From positions 1 through 64,000 of the forward strand of contig JBHLRP010000010.1 in the NCBI GenBank assembly GCA_048882485.1: a stretch of DNA of 64,000 nucleotides, read 5' to 3'. The notes beneath the pieces were generated by a model, which had not been told where the DNA came from, did no database searches, and saw only the letters and a list, made by a program, of their open reading frames with translations. The position numbers and the translations under genes were made by a program. This document shows, piece after piece, positions 1-9,917 of this stretch (its first letter is position 1; the number at the start of each line of letters is the position of its first letter). This DNA comes from Candidatus Thorarchaeota archaeon. Its GTDB lineage: Archaea > Asgardarchaeota > Thorarchaeia > Thorarchaeales > Thorarchaeaceae.

Positions 1-684
1 TATCCATTAGCTGTCAAGCTAGTTAAGGATGAATCAGAATTTCCAGAGAAAACACGAAGACCCGAAAGCAAGATCGCAATTTGTCAAGCTCTAAGTCTAT
101 CTCGACGATTTGGCTGGACAATGGGTATCACAGAGGAAGATAGTGGTTGTCCCGGTGCTAGTTTCGCTTATGGCTGGAAAGAGTTGTTTGATAAATCCAC
201 GCTTGCGTTTTTCTTTGTTGAGGCAGGTTATGCTGCAGGTGAAGACGGAGCAAACACCATCCTTGAGAATGTGGACCATCTAGAGAAGGGAAGATATAGT
301 GCTATAGTAATATCACCATTGACAAGAACAAAGATTGTACCGGACGTTATTCTTGTTTATGGAAATCCTGCTCAGATGATGCGTCTCCTGCAAGGTGCCA
401 TGAACAAAGATGGAAAGCGATTGAAAGCTGTATTAGCAGGAATCATGGCCTCTTGTACTAGTGGAGTTCTTCGCACTTTCAATACCCAGGACTATCAAAT
501 AGTAATACCTGGAAATGGAGACCGAGTATTTGCGGGTGCAAATGATGATGAAATGCTCTTTGCAATACCAGCCGCAAAAGCTGAGGAACTAGTAAACGGG
601 ATGAGACAACAGCGTTTCGCTAAATATCCAATTCCGATCTCGATGAAAATGCCGCCTCCTTTCCCAGGACTTGAAGAGACTTGA
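1..684 (+). CDS. DUF169 family protein, 5'-truncated by the window edge
   Basis: Frame is open from base 1 (YPLAVKLVKDESEFPEKTRRP...ICQALSLSRRFGW). It has the C-Q, PDVILVYGNPAQMMRL, SC and GNGDRVFAG motifs typical of DUF169. Confidence 0.8.
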   Translation, partial: YPLAVKLVKDESEFPEKTRRPESKIAICQALSLSRRFGWTMGITEEDSGCPGASFAYGWKELFDKSTLAFFFVEAGYAAGEDGANTILENVDHLEKGRYSAIVISPLTRTKIVPDVILVYGNPAQMMRLLQGAMNKDGKRLKAVLAGIMASCTSGVLRTFNTQDYQIVIPGNGDRVFAGANDDEMLFAIPAAKAEELVNGMRQQRFAKYPIPISMKMPPPFPGLEET

Positions 685-761
685 CTAGATGGTCAGATGC
701 CATCCTTTTCATTCAAGTAAGAGGACTTCTACAGCTATATTTACAATCTTGGTCGAGCTGG

Positions 762-811
762 AATCCCGCAAAGAAGCAGGAGTTTCTGGACAGACACCGG
801 TACACACTATG
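762..811 (+). repeat. Dispersed degenerate repeat, copy A
   Basis: 41/50 nt identical to 7412-7461; weaker similarity to about 3828-3876. Confidence 0.75.
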
Positions 812-970
812 GCCTCTGATGGTTTTCCTCGAATTAATAAGCAAACATAGCTACCACAGAGGGAATGTTGCCAGGGAGATTAGAAGCAGCAACACAGCCT
901 CGATTTGACACATTTCGATTTGCATGAACCAACCTCGACCGCCTTCGTCGCAGCGGAGGAGAGATAGACC

Positions 971-3778
971 GTGCCCCAAAAAAGCAAAATCGTTTGGTTC
1001 GCTTTATCACTCATTATCATCTTGTATCTGTCAAGTGGAATTCAAGTCTTGGCACCTGAAGAACCAATTGAACGGCCTGAATTGACGCCCGAGTCCCAGC
1101 CAAAGCGAGGAGTCGTTCATGTTTCAGGTGTCCCGCACGCACCGATCTCCATTGACGAAGAGGACCCACTGAATAACTTCACCGTTATTGCGCAGGCTGA
1201 AGGATGGTCTGGCAATGGCACAGCTGGAAATCCCTTCATCATTGCAGGCTTGGACATTGACCTTGCCGGAGCACCAGGTCATGCAATCAGCATTATCAAC
1301 TCTCAAGTGCATTTTGTCATTCGCGATTGCCTTCTGACTAATGCCGCTGTGAATCCAGGTTCCGGAATCTACTTGTATAATGTCACTAATGGCGTACTCA
1401 TCAACAACACCTGTGACATAAACAGTAATGGCATCCGGCTCGAGAACTCAGATTCCAATACAGTTGTCAATAACACCTGCACCGGCAACAACTATGGTCT
1501 CTATCTGGGATATTCTGATTTCAATACTCTGTCCAACAACACCTACGCCAGCAACGATATTGGCATCCACCTCTGGCACTCAGGTTCCAACGAAGTGGTC
1601 AACAACACTTGCTCCAACAATGCCTTCAACGACATCTGGCTCGCCTTCTCAACATCCAACACACTGTCCAACAATACCTGTGATAGTAATACAGATAGCA
1701 TCTATTTCGATAACTCACATTTCAACACACTATTCAACAACACCTGTATCAGCAACATCTATGGCATCAGGATAACTCAGTCTAATTCCAACACGGTGGC
1801 AAACAACACCTGCATTAGCAGCATCGAAGGCATAGTCCTCGAATACGCGGACACAAACACACTGATCAATAATACCTGCACTGGTAGCACCGCCTCTGGC
1901 ATCCATCTCTATTTCTCAGATTCAAATGTCGTATCCGATAACGCTTGCACTAGCAACACCGACTATGGCATCCATCTCGAGTCTTCAGCATCCAACACAC
2001 TCGTGAACAACACCTGTGCTACCAACTTCGCTGGCATCTATCTCGAGTCTTCAACATCCAACGTCCTATTCAACAACACCTGTACTAGCAGCACCGCCTC
2101 TGGCATCTACCTCTATCTCTCAGATTCCAACTCTGTGTCCAACAACACCTGCTCTAGCAGCACTGACTATGGCATCTACATCAAGTCTTCAACATCCAAC
2201 ACACTCGTGAACAACATTTGTGCTACCAACTTCGCTGGCATTTACCTCGAGTCTTCAACAACCAACACGTTGGTGAACAATACATGCAGTACTAATAATG
2301 TGGGCATCTATCTCTATTTCTCAGTTTCCAACACTGTATCCGACAACTTCTGCAGCAGCAGTATCGCTTATGGCATTTACCTCTTACTCTCAGATGCCAA
2401 CGTCGTATCCGACAACAACTGCACTAGCAACATCGACTATGGTATCTTCCTCGATGACTCAGATTCCAACACCGTGGCGAACAACACCTGCGACAGTAAT
2501 ACGGATGGCATCCATCTCCAGTATTCAATTTCCAACGCCCTGATCAACAACACCTGCAACAGTAATTACATAGGCATCTTCCTCGATGCCTCAGATTCCA
2601 ACACCGTGGCGAACAACACCTGCACTGGCATCGACTATGGCATCTACCTCCAGTCATCAATTTCCAACGCCCTGATCAACAACACCTGCAAAGGTAACAT
2701 CATTGGCATTTACCTCTTACTCTCAGATTCCAACGTTGTGTCCAACAATACCTGCACAGGCAACACTAACTCTGGTATCTTCCTCGACTCCTTAACATCC
2801 AACTCCTTAATCAACAACACCTGCGGCAGTAATAGCGTTGGCATCTATATCTCTGTTTCAGATTCCAACGTCGTAACCGACAACACATGCACTAGCAACA
2901 CCGACTATGGCATCTACATCGATGGCTCTAGTGACTTCAATGATATCCAGTGGAACGCCTTCGCGGATAGTCCCACAAATGGTTTTGATGCAGGGACCGG
3001 CAATGTTTTCGACCACAATTACTGGTCGGATTATTCGGGCACTGATGTGAATCAGGACGGTTTTGGTGATGCCCCATACACATTCACTGGCAACTCTGAC
3101 ACTCATCCTCTTGTCTATGTGCCGACTCCACCCACTTGGACCCACTCACCAGTGGACCAAGTCGTAGAGTTCGGGTCTGTCTATATCTGCCACCTGTATG
3201 TCACGGCACCTGCTCCCGTGTTCTGGCATCTGAACAATACTCTGTTCATCATTGACAACGAAGGTGTAATCACCTCGTGGTTCCCTCTTCCTATCGGCAT
3301 ATACGCACTAGAGGTAGTAGTCACCAATATCCGTGGACACAAACTCACGGGCAGCTTCCATGTAGTCATTCTAGACACCATAGCACCTCACTGGATAATC
3401 GAGCCTTCTGATCAGGTCATTCAGCATGGAGAAGGCTTTGACTATCAGTTGCCAGTAGCTGATTTCTCAGGAATCGACTACTGGACACTCAATGACACCA
3501 GCCATTTCACACTTACCTCAACGTTCTACCTCCAGGGAAGCACAGCTCGCGTGGTTAACGCAACTGCTTTGGACCCCGGGCTCTACGGACTGAATGTCAC
3601 CGCATACGACTCGCACGGGAATAGACTCTCAGCTATCTTTTCTATCATTGTAGAAATAGATACAACTAGTGCAATACCGGTAGGCATTGACCCTTTAATG
3701 ACACTTGCTCTTGGAGCAGGGATTGGAGGCGTGGTTGTCCTAGTCATAGTCGTCGTGTTTCTGAGGAGGAGATCTTGA
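971..3778 (+). CDS. Cell-surface parallel beta-helix (NosD/CASH repeat) protein with Ig-like stalk and C-terminal membrane anchor
   Basis: N-terminal hydrophobic segment, GWSGNGTAGNPFII motif, many GIxLxxSxxNxxxNNTC repeats, NYWSDY motif, C-terminal TM helix followed by LRRRS. Confidence 0.85.
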   Translation: MPQKSKIVWFALSLIIILYLSSGIQVLAPEEPIERPELTPESQPKRGVVHVSGVPHAPISIDEEDPLNNFTVIAQAEGWSGNGTAGNPFIIAGLDIDLAGAPGHAISIINSQVHFVIRDCLLTNAAVNPGSGIYLYNVTNGVLINNTCDINSNGIRLENSDSNTVVNNTCTGNNYGLYLGYSDFNTLSNNTYASNDIGIHLWHSGSNEVVNNTCSNNAFNDIWLAFSTSNTLSNNTCDSNTDSIYFDNSHFNTLFNNTCISNIYGIRITQSNSNTVANNTCISSIEGIVLEYADTNTLINNTCTGSTASGIHLYFSDSNVVSDNACTSNTDYGIHLESSASNTLVNNTCATNFAGIYLESSTSNVLFNNTCTSSTASGIYLYLSDSNSVSNNTCSSSTDYGIYIKSSTSNTLVNNICATNFAGIYLESSTTNTLVNNTCSTNNVGIYLYFSVSNTVSDNFCSSSIAYGIYLLLSDANVVSDNNCTSNIDYGIFLDDSDSNTVANNTCDSNTDGIHLQYSISNALINNTCNSNYIGIFLDASDSNTVANNTCTGIDYGIYLQSSISNALINNTCKGNIIGIYLLLSDSNVVSNNTCTGNTNSGIFLDSLTSNSLINNTCGSNSVGIYISVSDSNVVTDNTCTSNTDYGIYIDGSSDFNDIQWNAFADSPTNGFDAGTGNVFDHNYWSDYSGTDVNQDGFGDAPYTFTGNSDTHPLVYVPTPPTWTHSPVDQVVEFGSVYICHLYVTAPAPVFWHLNNTLFIIDNEGVITSWFPLPIGIYALEVVVTNIRGHKLTGSFHVVILDTIAPHWIIEPSDQVIQHGEGFDYQLPVADFSGIDYWTLNDTSHFTLTSTFYLQGSTARVVNATALDPGLYGLNVTAYDSHGNRLSAIFSIIVEIDTTSAIPVGIDPLMTLALGAGIGGVVVLVIVVVFLRRRS

Positions 3779-3876
3779 ATACAAAAGACACATCCTGAGC
3801 AAACATCTCCAGAATCTTCAGTCCTGAAATTACTCAAGTAACAGGAGTTCATCGACAGACAGAAGTACAACCTTTG
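3760..3876 (+). repeat. Dispersed degenerate repeat, copy B (3' end and flank of the first NosD gene)
   Basis: tctgaggaggagatcttgaatacaaaagacacatc matches tctgaggaggagctcttgagtacaaagaacacatc at 7345, and the similarity continues about 100 nt past the stop codon. Confidence 0.65.
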
Positions 3877-3906
3877 ATTTGCTCCGACCCGCATTCAGAT
3901 AGGCCG

Positions 3907-4566
3907 CTATTCTAGGGCTTGTTGAAGTGCCTCCCAGTCTTCCGTAGAGAGTGCCTTCTGAACAATCTGGATTGCCCCCTGAAACACAGCTGCTGGCATG
4001 AGGGATTTCATACCTGTGAGTATGCCGATTCTCTCCATTGGATTTGTTGCTTGAACTAGAAATGGGAGAAAATACTGGGAGACCTCAGGAGCTGGCTTCA
4101 TTGACATTTTCCCTATTATCTCCATGATCTGATTATCCTCCAACACGTCCCAGAGAATTGGCATTGCCGTCTTCTCTTCGACTTGCATGTGTTCACCATA
4201 TTTGACGACGAAGTCATTGAAGGCTTGTGTCAAACTATTTCCTTTCATAATCCTCTCTTCATGCGATTCGATGACTACTAGGGCCTCCAACTGCTTTTCC
4301 AGGGAATCCATAATTGAAGTAAATGCTTGGTGGTCATGATTCAGCCTGTCAAACAACTCCTGATTCTTTTTCTCGATATTTGGAAACACGAACTCCTCTT
4401 CTGCTGCGGCATGAACATGCAACACCTCAAACGATTTCTCAACCTCTTTCCACTGCGTTCTCACATTTGGTGCAACTCGAAGATCCATCTGACCCAGCTG
4501 GAGCACTCTAGTGCTCAATAGATGTCGAAGCCCTTTATGGATTGGTCCGAACAAACGCATACGCAT
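3907..4566 (-). CDS. Hemerythrin/HHE cation-binding domain protein
   Basis: IHKGLR, HAAAEEEFVFP, DH and HMQVEE motifs. ATG at 4566 or 4560 is preferred over the TTG at 4650. Confidence 0.8.
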   Translation of the reverse strand: MRMRLFGPIHKGLRHLLSTRVLQLGQMDLRVAPNVRTQWKEVEKSFEVLHVHAAAEEEFVFPNIEKKNQELFDRLNHDHQAFTSIMDSLEKQLEALVVIESHEERIMKGNSLTQAFNDFVVKYGEHMQVEEKTAMPILWDVLEDNQIMEIIGKMSMKPAPEVSQYFLPFLVQATNPMERIGILTGMKSLMPAAVFQGAIQIVQKALSTEDWEALQQALE

Positions 4567-4891
4567 AATAAAACCTCGACCTAAGTCAAAGGGCTGTCTA
4601 TGAAATAAAGGTTGCAATATAGTCTGTCTTACGGCTTTTATGAGAACCAATGAGAGTGTGATCTGGGGACCATCGGTTCTGAGATTTCACTGCTTGTGTC
4701 GGTGCAATCCAAGCAGAATCTTGAGTCTACGAACTACTCTAAACGAAAGGAGGGAATTCTGTTGGCTGATTTTCTGATTTTATTAATAAGCACATGAATC
4801 TAAGTCTATTATATAGCGAAGGAAATTGAATCAAGGATAACTATGACACTCACATCTTGACTGCATGAAACCTAAACTGCATCCTTTGTAA

Positions 4892-7363
4892 ATGAGGACG
4901 ATGGTCATGCGGAATCAGGAGCGAGTCAGTTGGGTTGCGCTATCATGTATAATCTTCTTGCTCATTGTCGCCCCAAAGCAAAGTTCAGTATCATTTAGTT
5001 CAGGAGTTTTTATTACATCGTTTCATGTTGCTCTCATACAGCATGACCCTATCGTCATAAACGGCGACGCCAACTTCACAGAAACTGCATCAGCGGAAGG
5101 CTGGTCCGGAGATGGCTCTTCTGATAATCCCTTTATAATTGACAACTTGGACATTGACCGTGGAGGCACAAGTGGCGCCTGCATCAATATTAGCAATACT
5201 CTCGTTCATTTCACTATTCAGAACTGTGACCTCGCGGGTGCTAGTGCCCAAGCTGGAATCTACCTCAACAATGTCAGTCATGGATTTCTAAGTAATAACA
5301 CGAGCACTTCCAACCGATATGGAATATACCTTCTTTCCTCAGGTAATAACACAATAGCTAACAACACTTGTACTGGAAACAATGATGGAGGGATATTCAT
5401 GTATGATTCAGATTTCAACACAGTATCTGACAATGACTGTGATAACAATGCCAACTTTGGAATCTTCATACGCTTTTGCGATTCGAGCTTGCTTAGCAAG
5501 AATTCATGCAGTAGCACAGGGGCTTATGGCATCCTTATACGGGAGTCCACTTCCAACTTGATCGAGAATAACACATGCAAGCAGAATGGAGAAGGCATCA
5601 GAGTCTGGTATTCATCCAATGGAAACACACTCATAAGAAACGTGTGTGATTTCAACGCCAATTATGGCATTCTAATTGACAATGCTCATTATGCATTCCC
5701 ATCTTATGTCACAGACAATTTCTGCAGTGATAATGACTACGGTATTTATGCATCTGGCTCCTTCCTCAATATCGCCAATAATACTCTAATCGACAATCTC
5801 ATCAACGGTATTCAAGCGGAATGCTCCGATAGCGTAGTCACGGACAATTATGTAAGAGGTAGTGACGAGGGCATCAGGCTACTTTATGGGTCGTATAATA
5901 CAATATCGCAAAATGAAATCACTCAAAGCTATTCATATGGCTTTTGGATTGAAGATTCTAGTGAAAACCTGATATCACAGAATTCGATTACTGACGCCGT
6001 CGGCATGGGTGTTAGTGTCGGACGATACTCGCATAGAAACACCTTTCTCCTCAATGAAATACAATATGACCCTAATTCAATTGATCCTGAGTTTATTGGC
6101 ATATATGTGGATGTGGACACATCAGAAAACAATGTGACATTGAACTACATACTTTATGACTCGCAGGGCACTCAGTATTCAGCCACCATACTTGATGATT
6201 GCACAGACAGTTGGGGTACTATCATTGACCGCAATTGGTATCAGGACTACAGCGGGTATGATAACAATGGCGACGGATATGGAGATGACCCCTATGACAT
6301 CCCCGGCATTGCTGGGAACTCAGACCCTCGTCCATTGACGTACCCACCGTTTGCACCTACATGGGTTGAACCACCAACGGACCAAGTTATTGACTACTGG
6401 AGTCAACCATTCTACTATGACTTGAATGCAACGGCGCCTACTGTAATGACCTGGGCAGTGAATGATACAATCAAGTTTGCTATAGACAGCAATGGCATCT
6501 TGCAGTCAATTGCTGACCTACCTGTGGGCTCCTACGGCATAGGTGTCAAGGTCACAAACCTGTACGGCGTCTATATCACGAGTTTATTTCAGCTAACGGT
6601 GCAAGAGATCTCTCCACCCGAGTGGATATCTGGCCCCATAGACCTAGGCATCAACTTTGGTGAAGGATTCGACTATGGACTAATAGCAATGGACCAATCA
6701 GGCATCGCAGAATGGGCAATCAATGACACAGTCAACTTCGCGTTATCCGTCACGTGGCTCAATGTCACAGGATATTACAATGGATGGCATCTGCTCCATA
6801 TAACGAATGAAACCACACTTATGTCTGGTATGTATTCACTAAACGTGACCGTTGCTGATCCCTATAGCAATAAGCTCACGGGAATTTTCACAATAACTGT
6901 AGAACCACCTGATCAGGATGTGACTGCTCCCATCTGGATTGTTTCTCCCATGAATGAGGTCTTAGAATATGGAGAATCATTTGAACAACGTCTTGGCGCA
7001 TGGGACTCGTCGGGAGTTTCCATCTGGTGGCTGAATGATACAACTCATTTCGCCATTGATGAAAATGGAGTCGTTAGAAATGTCACACTCGTTGAACCCG
7101 GAGTCTACAGACTTGAGGTAAGAGCGTACGACCCATATGACAACTACTGCTCTGGGACGTTGGTGGTGACAGTGAATGAAGCCATCTACTCTCCAACAAC
7201 ACCCACAGGTCCCACGACTACTCCGCCAACTGACACAACAATCCCCACTTCACCGTCGCCAGAGGAGATTATGGGCCCTGTTGCCATCCTTATGCTCTTG
7301 GCAGGAATCAGTGGAGCAGCATTGATCGTCACTATCATCGTTCTTCTGAGGAGGAGCTCTTGA
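4892..7363 (+). CDS. Cell-surface NosD/CASH beta-helix protein with repeated Ig-like domains, Pro/Thr linker and TM anchor
   Basis: GWSGDGSSDNPFII motif, beta-helix repeats, repeated PPxW...Y..LxVxxxD units, PTTPTGPTT linker, TM helix followed by LRRSS. Confidence 0.85.
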   Translation: MRTMVMRNQERVSWVALSCIIFLLIVAPKQSSVSFSSGVFITSFHVALIQHDPIVINGDANFTETASAEGWSGDGSSDNPFIIDNLDIDRGGTSGACINISNTLVHFTIQNCDLAGASAQAGIYLNNVSHGFLSNNTSTSNRYGIYLLSSGNNTIANNTCTGNNDGGIFMYDSDFNTVSDNDCDNNANFGIFIRFCDSSLLSKNSCSSTGAYGILIRESTSNLIENNTCKQNGEGIRVWYSSNGNTLIRNVCDFNANYGILIDNAHYAFPSYVTDNFCSDNDYGIYASGSFLNIANNTLIDNLINGIQAECSDSVVTDNYVRGSDEGIRLLYGSYNTISQNEITQSYSYGFWIEDSSENLISQNSITDAVGMGVSVGRYSHRNTFLLNEIQYDPNSIDPEFIGIYVDVDTSENNVTLNYILYDSQGTQYSATILDDCTDSWGTIIDRNWYQDYSGYDNNGDGYGDDPYDIPGIAGNSDPRPLTYPPFAPTWVEPPTDQVIDYWSQPFYYDLNATAPTVMTWAVNDTIKFAIDSNGILQSIADLPVGSYGIGVKVTNLYGVYITSLFQLTVQEISPPEWISGPIDLGINFGEGFDYGLIAMDQSGIAEWAINDTVNFALSVTWLNVTGYYNGWHLLHITNETTLMSGMYSLNVTVADPYSNKLTGIFTITVEPPDQDVTAPIWIVSPMNEVLEYGESFEQRLGAWDSSGVSIWWLNDTTHFAIDENGVVRNVTLVEPGVYRLEVRAYDPYDNYCSGTLVVTVNEAIYSPTTPTGPTTTPPTDTTIPTSPSPEEIMGPVAILMLLAGISGAALIVTIIVLLRRSS

Positions 7364-7461
7364 GTACAAAGAACACATCTCTCACCGACATCTACAAGTC
7401 TTCAGTGCTCAAATCTCGCGAAGAAGTAGGAGTTTCTGGACGGGCATTGATACAAACTATG
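7345..7461 (+). repeat. Dispersed degenerate repeat, copy C
   Basis: Matches both 3760-3876 and 762-811. Confidence 0.7.
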
Positions 7462-7566
7462 AACTGGATATAGACTTGATTTGTCACCTTACTAGCAGAA
7501 TGCCAAAAGACTGATGTGGAAGGCCAGCTTAATGATACCAATTCTGCAAAATAGAGGCCTAGAAGA

Positions 7567-9048
7567 GTGAAACCACTCGGAACAATAACTGTGTGTTTTC
7601 CGCATGTAGACGACGGAACAAGAGCCGTGCTACAATCAGTGATGGATGATGCAGAGAATCTTGGCGATTTCGCAGAAAGACTCTGCAACAAAGTGTGCCA
7701 GGAGCCTACCGCTCCACTGTTACAGTTTCTCGCGTTCTATTTTGCTGACACTATTGGGGAATGGGGCCTGCTCGATAAACTAGTCCTTGCGGAGAAAGTG
7801 CCCGTACTGGCAGAGCCTCTATTGCTCCATATGAGAAGTAGAAGAGGTCAGAAGGTGTCTTGGGATGAGATGAGACCATCTCTCTTGAGTGCACTCGAAG
7901 CAGCCCCTAATGATTGGATTGCAAGTCTACTCTACCTTAGTTGGAGAGAGTCTGCGGAAAATATATACCCTGAGAGCGATGTCGATGTTCGTCCCATTGA
8001 AGCTATTGAGAGAAGCATCAATGAGAATGAGGAGTTTGATTTTTTCAGGATATTTCTCGGCTATCTCAAAACGACTAGATTACTTAGAGAAGGCAATAGC
8101 GAGGGAGCGAACCAAGCAATAACAGAAGCTATTGCGATAGCTCAGAGGTTTGACCACCTTGCTTCAGTCGCTTTGCTTCTGACGACAAAAGCCAATATTA
8201 TCAAGTATATCGATTTAAGAAAGGGCTTGGACATTCTGCTAACATCGAGGGATCTTAGCAAGCAGCTTGGTTTCTCAAGAAGTGGGATTGCGCAGGAATT
8301 AGGTCATATCATGACCCTTCGTGGAGAATTGGATGCAGCTGTGGATTACCACCTTGAATGCTGTAAAATTCGAGAATCAAAGGGGTTCCCTATAAGCGGC
8401 CTACCTGCCCTTGTATCTCTAAATTACAATATGATGGGAAATGGAAAGAGAGCATTGGAATATGCAGATACTGCAATTGAGCAAGTTGGCGTATACAGAC
8501 AAATGGGCCTCTTGCGCTCGCAAAAGGCATGGGCCCTGATCAATCTTGGTAGGACCGATGAGGCAAGAGATGAGCTTGAGAAATCCAAGAGGTTGGCAGC
8601 AAAATCTGGCTCGATTGACCTTCTGTTGATCTCGCAAATGGTTGAAGGCATTCTTGACAGGGCAGAGAATGATAAAGATAGCGCTGTACTCAACTTTGAG
8701 GAGGTCTTGAGAGCACAACAACGAAAGATTCTCAACTGGTGGGAAATCACATGTGTTCTCAATCTTGTGGACATTGAGATTGAAAGGCTTTTGCCTAAAT
8801 TGCTTGACATCGATGCCGAATCTTCTGGACCATGGATGCAGAAGCTGGAAGAATATGTGAAAGATACAGATGTTCCAGGCATAGCCGCCCGTACTTTGCT
8901 TCTCAAAGCAAAACTTCGTCAGAAACAAGGGCGACATGATGAGGTTCGGAGTCTGTTGAAGGAGGTCCTAAAGACGGCTGAGTCGCCAAGCATGAGGTAT
9001 CTCAAGGATACTGTTGTGTCAACCTTTCCGGACATAATTATTAGCTAG
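7567..9048 (+). CDS. Tetratricopeptide-repeat (TPR) protein
   Basis: Helical repeats such as ELGHIMTLRGELDAAVDYH, KAWALINLGRTDEARDEL and KAKLRQKQGRHDEVRSLL. Confidence 0.7.
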   Translation: MKPLGTITVCFPHVDDGTRAVLQSVMDDAENLGDFAERLCNKVCQEPTAPLLQFLAFYFADTIGEWGLLDKLVLAEKVPVLAEPLLLHMRSRRGQKVSWDEMRPSLLSALEAAPNDWIASLLYLSWRESAENIYPESDVDVRPIEAIERSINENEEFDFFRIFLGYLKTTRLLREGNSEGANQAITEAIAIAQRFDHLASVALLLTTKANIIKYIDLRKGLDILLTSRDLSKQLGFSRSGIAQELGHIMTLRGELDAAVDYHLECCKIRESKGFPISGLPALVSLNYNMMGNGKRALEYADTAIEQVGVYRQMGLLRSQKAWALINLGRTDEARDELEKSKRLAAKSGSIDLLLISQMVEGILDRAENDKDSAVLNFEEVLRAQQRKILNWWEITCVLNLVDIEIERLLPKLLDIDAESSGPWMQKLEEYVKDTDVPGIAARTLLLKAKLRQKQGRHDEVRSLLKEVLKTAESPSMRYLKDTVVSTFPDIIIS

Positions 9049-9111
9049 AACCAAGTGGCATGGGTTAATTCAGGATTGTGTGTCAGTGATTCGTGACTGG
9101 TTTCTCTAGCT

Positions 9112-9798
9112 CTATCGGAACCATTCGAGAATCTGCTCTCGCGGCACAAGTTGTCTTGATATTGTGTTCAGGATTTCTTCTGACATCTGCCCATTTCTCA
9201 CAATCTGTCTACCAGCTTCATTGAGTGCTTTCCCCACGTCATCAAAATTGGCACCTCTCTCCTCGCCCACGGGTATGAACCAAGCGCAAGGTCGAAGGAC
9301 TGCACCAACAAACTCTTTGTTCATGTTTAGGGCTGCAGCTTTCATGTGCATAACAAGAGGATTGAAGTTATCAAGTTCTGTGAAGCCACTGACTGAAACG
9401 AGAGCAATCTTGCTAGGCTTCGTTCCTTCCCTCAATGGATGACGACAATGATTATCCCGCAACTCCCACTTTCCTTCAAGGAGGGGAATTGAACGGTCCA
9501 TGAATGTCTTCATTGGTCCAGTCATGCCATCAACGTATACCGGTGTGGCGTATACAGTCAGATCGGCATTTGCAAGCTTCGGGAGTATGTCCTTCATATC
9601 ATCGTCCTGAGCGCATACGCCTGGAGTCTTCCACCAACAGTCAAAGCAACCTCTACAGGGATTAATCTTCAGTCTTGGCAAATTGAGCACCTCAACACTG
9701 GCCCCGGCACTCTCCATGCCTTCAATGAATGGTTTGAGCACACCTGCAGTTGCTCCTCTATTTCCCCTGGGGCTGCCATTGATGACCAGAACTTTCAT
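9112..9798 (-). CDS. Iron-sulfur flavoprotein / NADPH-dependent FMN reductase (flavodoxin-like)
   Basis: INGSPR, CxGCxxCWxxxPGxC and ATPVY motifs. Confidence 0.9.
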   Translation of the reverse strand: MKVLVINGSPRGNRGATAGVLKPFIEGMESAGASVEVLNLPRLKINPCRGCFDCWWKTPGVCAQDDDMKDILPKLANADLTVYATPVYVDGMTGPMKTFMDRSIPLLEGKWELRDNHCRHPLREGTKPSKIALVSVSGFTELDNFNPLVMHMKAAALNMNKEFVGAVLRPCAWFIPVGEERGANFDDVGKALNEAGRQIVRNGQMSEEILNTISRQLVPREQILEWFR

Positions 9799-9917
9799 GA
9801 CTGAAACGACATTTGCGGTCTTATTGAAGGTGTCGGCACATCTCTACTCTGATTAATAAGTGAAAGATGCCATGGTAGATTGTTGAGAGGTATTCTTCGC
9901 ATAAGAGGGAGATTTCT

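Noticed and set aside
681-908. 75-aa ORF with a DinB-like HSYHRG motif
   Set aside because: Too short for DinB, it overlaps a degenerate repeat, and the sister copy has stop codons; it is not supportable as a gene.
1380-2900. CRISPR array or diversity-generating retroelement in the AAC-rich repeats
   Set aside because: The repeats are in-frame beta-helix coils with no spacers, and no cas or reverse-transcriptase gene is present in the window.
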